Assembly (NCBI GenBank): GCA_964486045.1
Contig: CAZALK010000007.1
Location: 64,001-128,000, forward strand
Length of the DNA: 64,000 nucleotides
Direction of reading: 5' to 3'
DNA from: an uncultured archaeon
GTDB lineage: Archaea > Asgardarchaeota > Lokiarchaeia > Sigyniarchaeales > SOKP01
Made by a program: the position numbers and the translations under genes. The notes under the pieces were generated by a model. It saw nothing but the letters and a program-made list of their open reading frames with translations. It searched no databases and was not told the DNA's origin. The number at the start of each line of letters is the position of its first letter. Within the stretch, counting starts at the first letter, position 1. Of this stretch, positions 59,563 through 64,000 are shown in pieces.

Positions 59563-60642
59563 TTGACGCTAAAAACGAATATTACAGAAATGTTTGGAAT
59601 TAAGCATCCAATCGCAAATGCGGCTATGGGCCCTTTTAGAACAACTGAAATGGCAATTGCAGTCTCAGAGGCTGGTGGACTTGGCATGATCTCTCATGCA
59701 AACCAATCTATGGATGGTAGGGAATTAGATGCGATTGTTGCTATGAAGAAAAATCTTGATTACGTCGTTGAACATACTGAGGGAATTTTTGGATTCAATG
59801 TAAGAACTTCGAGATTAACTATAAATTGTGATAAATTGATTTCCGAAACCTCAAAGCATATAATAGAAAATCCCAAACTGAAAGAACAATGCCTATACGC
59901 GCTCACTAGTGCAGGTTCAGCATCAAGAATGCCCCAAAACAAAGATTTTCAAAAATTACGGGAAAATTCACAGATTAAACACTTCCATGTCGCACCTGCA
60001 CTTTGGTTAGCAGATAAATGTGTGGCTGCGGGATGTGACGGGCTTGTTGTCACCGGTTTTGAAGGTGGGGGACACCAATCATATGAAAAAGTCGGTGGCA
60101 TGGTTTTATTATAGCAAGTGCAGCAAAAGCACCCCGATATCCCAAAAATCGCGTGTGGTGGGTACGCCACGGGAGATGGTCTGGCGGCAGCTTTAGCGAT
60201 CGGCGCTGGAGGCGTTGCTATGGGATCGAGGTTCATCGCGTCGAAGGACGCCGAATTTCACGAAAACTACAAGAATGTAATACCACCGGCTAAAGCTCAG
60301 GATACGATTATAAGAACGGGAGGTTTAGGAACCATTAGGCTCTGGAAAAACAAATTTTCTTTAGCAAAGGGATTAGTAAAAAGTAAAGAAGAAAAAATGA
60401 CTGAGGAAAAATCACTACGGGATCACCGAACCGAGATCTCAAAGGAAGATCTTGCTGAAGAATTAAGAAAAGATGCAATCGCAGGTTTTGCAGCTTATGA
60501 AGGAGATGTAGAGAACGGTTATGTGTTATTAGGTCAGAGTATTGGTGTTATAAACAGTGTCGAGAGTGTTTCTGATATCATCGAAAGTGTTATTTCAGGC
60601 GCAGAAAAAGCTTTAAAAAAAGCTATAACTTATGTGGGATAA
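59563..60642 (+). pseudogene. Nitronate monooxygenase/FabK-like flavoprotein split by one in-frame TAG (60112-60114)
   Basis: FGIKHPI, GFEGGGH..VGGMVLL*QVQQKHPDIPKIACGG..G, GVAMGSRFIASKDA; both ORF halves are in the same frame. Confidence 0.85.
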
Positions 60643-60683
60643 CTCCCCTCGTTTATACCATTTAAATTATCTTTTTTTTTATT

Positions 60684-60850
60684 TTATCTCTTATTTCTCA
60701 ATAAATGAATTAATTCACTCCAATCTTCTCTTCCATGTAATGGTTTAAGTAATTTATTTTCAAGAAGCTGATCCTCCTCATTAAATCCGCTCTCAATAGC
60801 TTTTCTCAGATAATCAACTGCTTTTTTGGAATTGCCTATTGCAGAATATT
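60684..60850 (-). pseudogene. 3' remnant of a TPR-type gene
   Basis: YSAIGNSKKAVDYLRKAIESGFNEEDQLLENKLLKPLHGREDWSELI...*; no start before an upstream TGA. Confidence 0.55.
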
Positions 60851-60933
60851 TTACGGTTCTAGCGGGATTAATACTAATGTCTCAAAAATCTTCATTTCAA
60901 AAACATTTTAACTACGGGAAAACTCCAATAATT

Positions 60934-61727
60934 ATGACAATTGACGGTATAGATCAAGGAACTTGTTCTAATTGTTATTCATGTATCAATGTTTGTCCAG
61001 CTACACTCTACAAAAAAATGGAAGATGGGAGTGTGAAGTTCCTTACTAATCGGTTTTGCATTAAATGTGGACATTGCGTGAGTGCGTGTTCAGAAGATGC
61101 GATTATTAGAAGTGACATGGATGACGTTGAAGAGTTCCCCGTAGGGAAAAAAATAGAGGATTTCGTGGAATATGGGGATTTAATGAATCTTTTTCGAGCA
61201 AAACGCTCGTTAAGACGATATAAAAAGAAGAAAGTTGACGAAGATTCATTAAATAAGATTTATAAGGCTATTAGATACGCTCCATCTGGAGGTAACAGCA
61301 GAATGTGGAAATTCGCGCTTGTTTCCGATCAGAAAAAGATAGAAATCCTCCGTGAAAGGATTATAGAGGAAGTATCGAAAGTAAATCCTAGGTATGGGAA
61401 GGGTTATTATGTGAAAAAAAAGTTAGGGATGGACCCTATATTTTTTAATGCACCCCATCTTTTAATTCTTTATTATCCACCTAATTCACTATCAAGCGGG
61501 ATAAATACGGGGATTGCTTTGACTTACGGTATGTTAGCAGCCGAGAGTATTGGTGTCGGAAGCTGTTGGATAGGTGTGGCTCATAGACTACTTGCAGCTA
61601 ATGAAGATCTAAGGAATTTGGTTAACATCGATGGAGTGGTAGGTGGTGTTATAACTTAGGTTATCCAGCTATTAAATACTACAGGTTTCCGTCCCGTTCA
61701 CCCCTCAAAATATCAAAAATAGAATGA
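60934..61727 (+). CDS. Third 4Fe-4S + nitroreductase paralog with a 1-nt deletion near 61657
   Basis: CSNCYSCINVCP, KRSLRRY, GSCWIG; after GVIT the family tail (L)GYPAIKYYRFPSRSPLKISKIE* continues in another frame. Confidence 0.85.
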
Positions 61728-61997
61728 TATAAATTATAGTCAACTCCTTAATTAGAAATACAAAATATGAAATGGAATATAATGGAGCTAGTGGCACTAT
61801 AGCTTATAGTGCCTTCAATAGTGGGAAACTACAACACCATTACAGAAAAGAATGTGCTTTATAATAAAGGGCACGGGATTCAAGTGGAAATATAGAATTA
61901 TGAATTTTTAATATTATTAAACACCCAAATATTATAAAAAAGGTTTAAAATTATTATAGTAGAAAAATATAAAAAGTAGAGTTTTCTATTTTTAATT

Positions 61998-62270
61998 ATG
62001 GCAAATGTAAAAATGAATAACAAAAGTCTTTTAGAAAAGTTACAAGCTGAAATTACATTAAAAATTGGGAGGAAAATGTCTCAACAAGACATATTGGATA
62101 AAAGTATTGAATTTACATATAATCGACTTGAGGATTTTATAAAAGAAAATATTAACCATCCTCCAATTACTGATGAATTAATAAATCGATTAAAGAATAG
62201 TGCTATTGATGCTCCCTTAGTACATCAAGATAAATCCGATGATGAATTGTTATACGGATTAAAAAGATGA
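61998..62270 (+). CDS. Putative antitoxin of the PIN/VapC pair
   Basis: Small ORF directly upstream of a PIN gene; acidic DDELLYG C-terminus. Confidence 0.65.
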   Translation: MANVKMNNKSLLEKLQAEITLKIGRKMSQQDILDKSIEFTYNRLEDFIKENINHPPITDELINRLKNSAIDAPLVHQDKSDDELLYGLKR

Positions 62271-62291
62271 TGATTTAGAGAGTGATTCATC

Positions 62292-62711
62292 ATAGTTATT
62301 ATTCTTGATTCTAATTTTCTATTCGCAATTACTTTTAAAAGAGATAAAAATTTTCTAAGAGCTTATGAACTATTTATGGAATTAAAAGAAAGTAAAGTCC
62401 AGCCCTTACTTACAAATAATTTAGTTTTAGAAGAAACCATAAATCTAGTAGTTGCGAGATTTAATGGGAATCTTTTTCATTTAGATAAGATTTATAAGTT
62501 ATTTTGGGGAGATGATAATTTTTTTCAGACTGAATATTTAATGCAAGATGAGTATAAAACAGTATTTAATGACCTAAAAAAATACACAACCCCTAAGAGA
62601 TTATTGAGTTTTATTGATGCTTCCTTAATATCTTTATATCAAAAGTATAAGGGAGATAAAATCCTTTCTTTTGACAGTCATTTTGATAATATTCTTGAAA
62701 GATTATATTGA
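62292..62711 (+). CDS. PIN-domain (VapC-like) toxin; probable ATA/ATT start
   Basis: In-frame VIILDSNFLFAI upstream of the ORF-track start, then TNNLVLEET, LSFIDAS, ILSFDSHF. Confidence 0.85.
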   Translation: MVIILDSNFLFAITFKRDKNFLRAYELFMELKESKVQPLLTNNLVLEETINLVVARFNGNLFHLDKIYKLFWGDDNFFQTEYLMQDEYKTVFNDLKKYTTPKRLLSFIDASLISLYQKYKGDKILSFDSHFDNILERLY

Positions 62712-62873
62712 TATATTTTATTAATAGGTTACCTAACCGTAGTTGTTATATTTGATATCACATTTCCAAATCTTCCAGCATTCAAAACAACTTCCATAAT
62801 TAAACCCAAATATACATTAGATGCAAAATCTACAACGTTTCTTCAAGCTGAGAAAGAACAAATAATTAAAAAA

Positions 62874-63122
62874 ATGAATCTCGATTTATATTTTGATATG
62901 GTAAAACTGAAAATCGACATAGGAATTAAATTTATGAAACAAAAAAAATTCGATGAATCGATACAATTATTTCAAATTGCTTTAACTCTTGTTAAAGAGA
63001 AATACAACACTTTACCAGAAACAATAACTACCAGATTTTACGAGGTTATCAAAATTAGAGAAATAAAAAGTTTAATTAGTCAATCTGAAATCAGGAAATT
63101 AAATATACTAAATAGATTGTGA
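62874..63122 (+). CDS. Hypothetical helical (TPR-like) protein; frame is open back to 62712
   Basis: IGIKFMKQKKFDESIQLFQIAL. Confidence 0.45.
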   Translation: MNLDLYFDMVKLKIDIGIKFMKQKKFDESIQLFQIALTLVKEKYNTLPETITTRFYEVIKIREIKSLISQSEIRKLNILNRL

Positions 63123-63357
63123 AATAATAATTCATCATAACCTAGGGCGTGAGAGGAGGAGGAGGAGAATTTAAAAACTTTGAGATCATAGATCGAAGTT
63201 TTGTTTTTAGAAATGAATTTTAAAAAATAATTAAGGAAATAAATGACATTAAATTATATGACTATTTCTCAATTGGTAAAAAACGTTTGAAGTTTTTATC
63301 TCTAGAAAAAGTTGAGCCGAAAATTATTTATTTGTAGAAAATTTTTTATTTGAAAGA

Positions 63358-63780
63358 ATGAATTCGAAGAAGAAATTCCTTGAAATAGAATTGATTAATA
63401 TTCAACCTAGTCAATTATATATTAGCAAACAGAAACTTGCTAAAGTCAGGGAAAAATTTAACCCTAAAGATATATCGACATTAGATGTAATACCCATTAA
63501 AAAAATAAATAGCATTATTTTTTATACTGATGGTCATACTAGGGCATTTGCAGCATATCAAGCAGGTTTTACAAAAATCCCGGTAATTTGGGAAGATGAA
63601 GAGTTAGATTGGGAGCTATATCAAATTTGTATTAAGTGGTGCAATAATGAAGGTATATATTCGATTGCTGATTTAAACGATTTCATTATTGATCAGAAAA
63701 ATTACGAACTTCTTTGGTATAGACGGTGCGAAAATCTGCATAAAGAATTAATGAAGAAGAGGGTTAAGAAAAAAAATTGA
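63358..63780 (+). CDS. ParB/Sulfiredoxin N-terminal-like domain protein
   Basis: IQPSQLYIS, YTDGHTRAFAA..G...IPV. Confidence 0.7.
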   Translation: MNSKKKFLEIELINIQPSQLYISKQKLAKVREKFNPKDISTLDVIPIKKINSIIFYTDGHTRAFAAYQAGFTKIPVIWEDEELDWELYQICIKWCNNEGIYSIADLNDFIIDQKNYELLWYRRCENLHKELMKKRVKKKN

Positions 63781-64000
63781 TCTTGGATCCTATTGTACCG
63801 CTAGACTTGCCCCAGGAATATAAACAACCATGGTTTGGAAATTCGAATTAAAAATTAAGTATTGTTCAACTGTTAGGTATTGAGATTCCCAAAAATTATA
63901 AGCAAAATTATATTTTAAATTCATTTTAACTAGAAAAATATTACTTAATATAATCGTAGAGTTATAATTAACAGTAGAGGGTATTTCTGTAAAATTTGTG

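Noticed and set aside
1036-60236. Numerous short antisense or overlapping ORFs in the track (e.g. 5695..6021, 20134..20493, 51719..52333, 53361..53792)
   Set aside because: They are shadows of well-supported genes or of repeats in alternative frames
61640-61727. Programmed frameshift in the third nitroreductase
   Set aside because: No slippery heptamer is present; a single missing T (mutation or sequencing error) explains it
1-64000. Genome-wide stop codon reassignment (TGA=Trp or TAG=Pyl/Gln)
   Set aside because: purC, purL and glmM end in TAG at their expected C-termini; purS, the VanZ gene and the PIN gene end in TGA

Overview
AT-rich (roughly 30% GC by eye), gene-dense archaeal chromosomal segment. 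Its style fits Lokiarchaeia/Promethearchaeota (Asgard): 23-aa LRR protein, zinc-ribbon membrane proteins, Fe-S/nitroreductase paralogs, TATA-type promoters and GGTGA-type ribosome-binding motifs. That taxonomy is inference. Housekeeping content: glmU/glmS/glmM, purC, purSQL, pyrE and nadE. Metabolic modules: AGPS-like FAD oxidase + CCG Fe-S protein + FGGY kinase, and class-III aminotransferase + MMSDH + hydroxyacid-oxoacid transhydrogenase. Also present: two PadR operons, a PIN-type toxin-antitoxin pair, an orphan amino-DNA methyltransferase and several decayed or duplicated genes. I recognised no rRNA, tRNA, CRISPR array, transposase or integrase. The main unexplained signals are: (1) a dispersed family of five intergenic palindromes AAGTTCA-N8-TGAACTT next to accessory genes, including both members of a Zn-finger paralog pair; (2) three or four apparently intact genes with no ATG/GTG/TTG start, which seem to begin at ATT/ATA behind SD-like motifs; (3) three single in-frame stop codons at Trp/Gln positions; (4) a shared ATCG-N4-CGAT operator candidate in both PadR promoters; (5) a cluster resembling the animal propionate-shunt/beta-alanine route; (6) a membrane-anchored RGG/FGG low-complexity protein.
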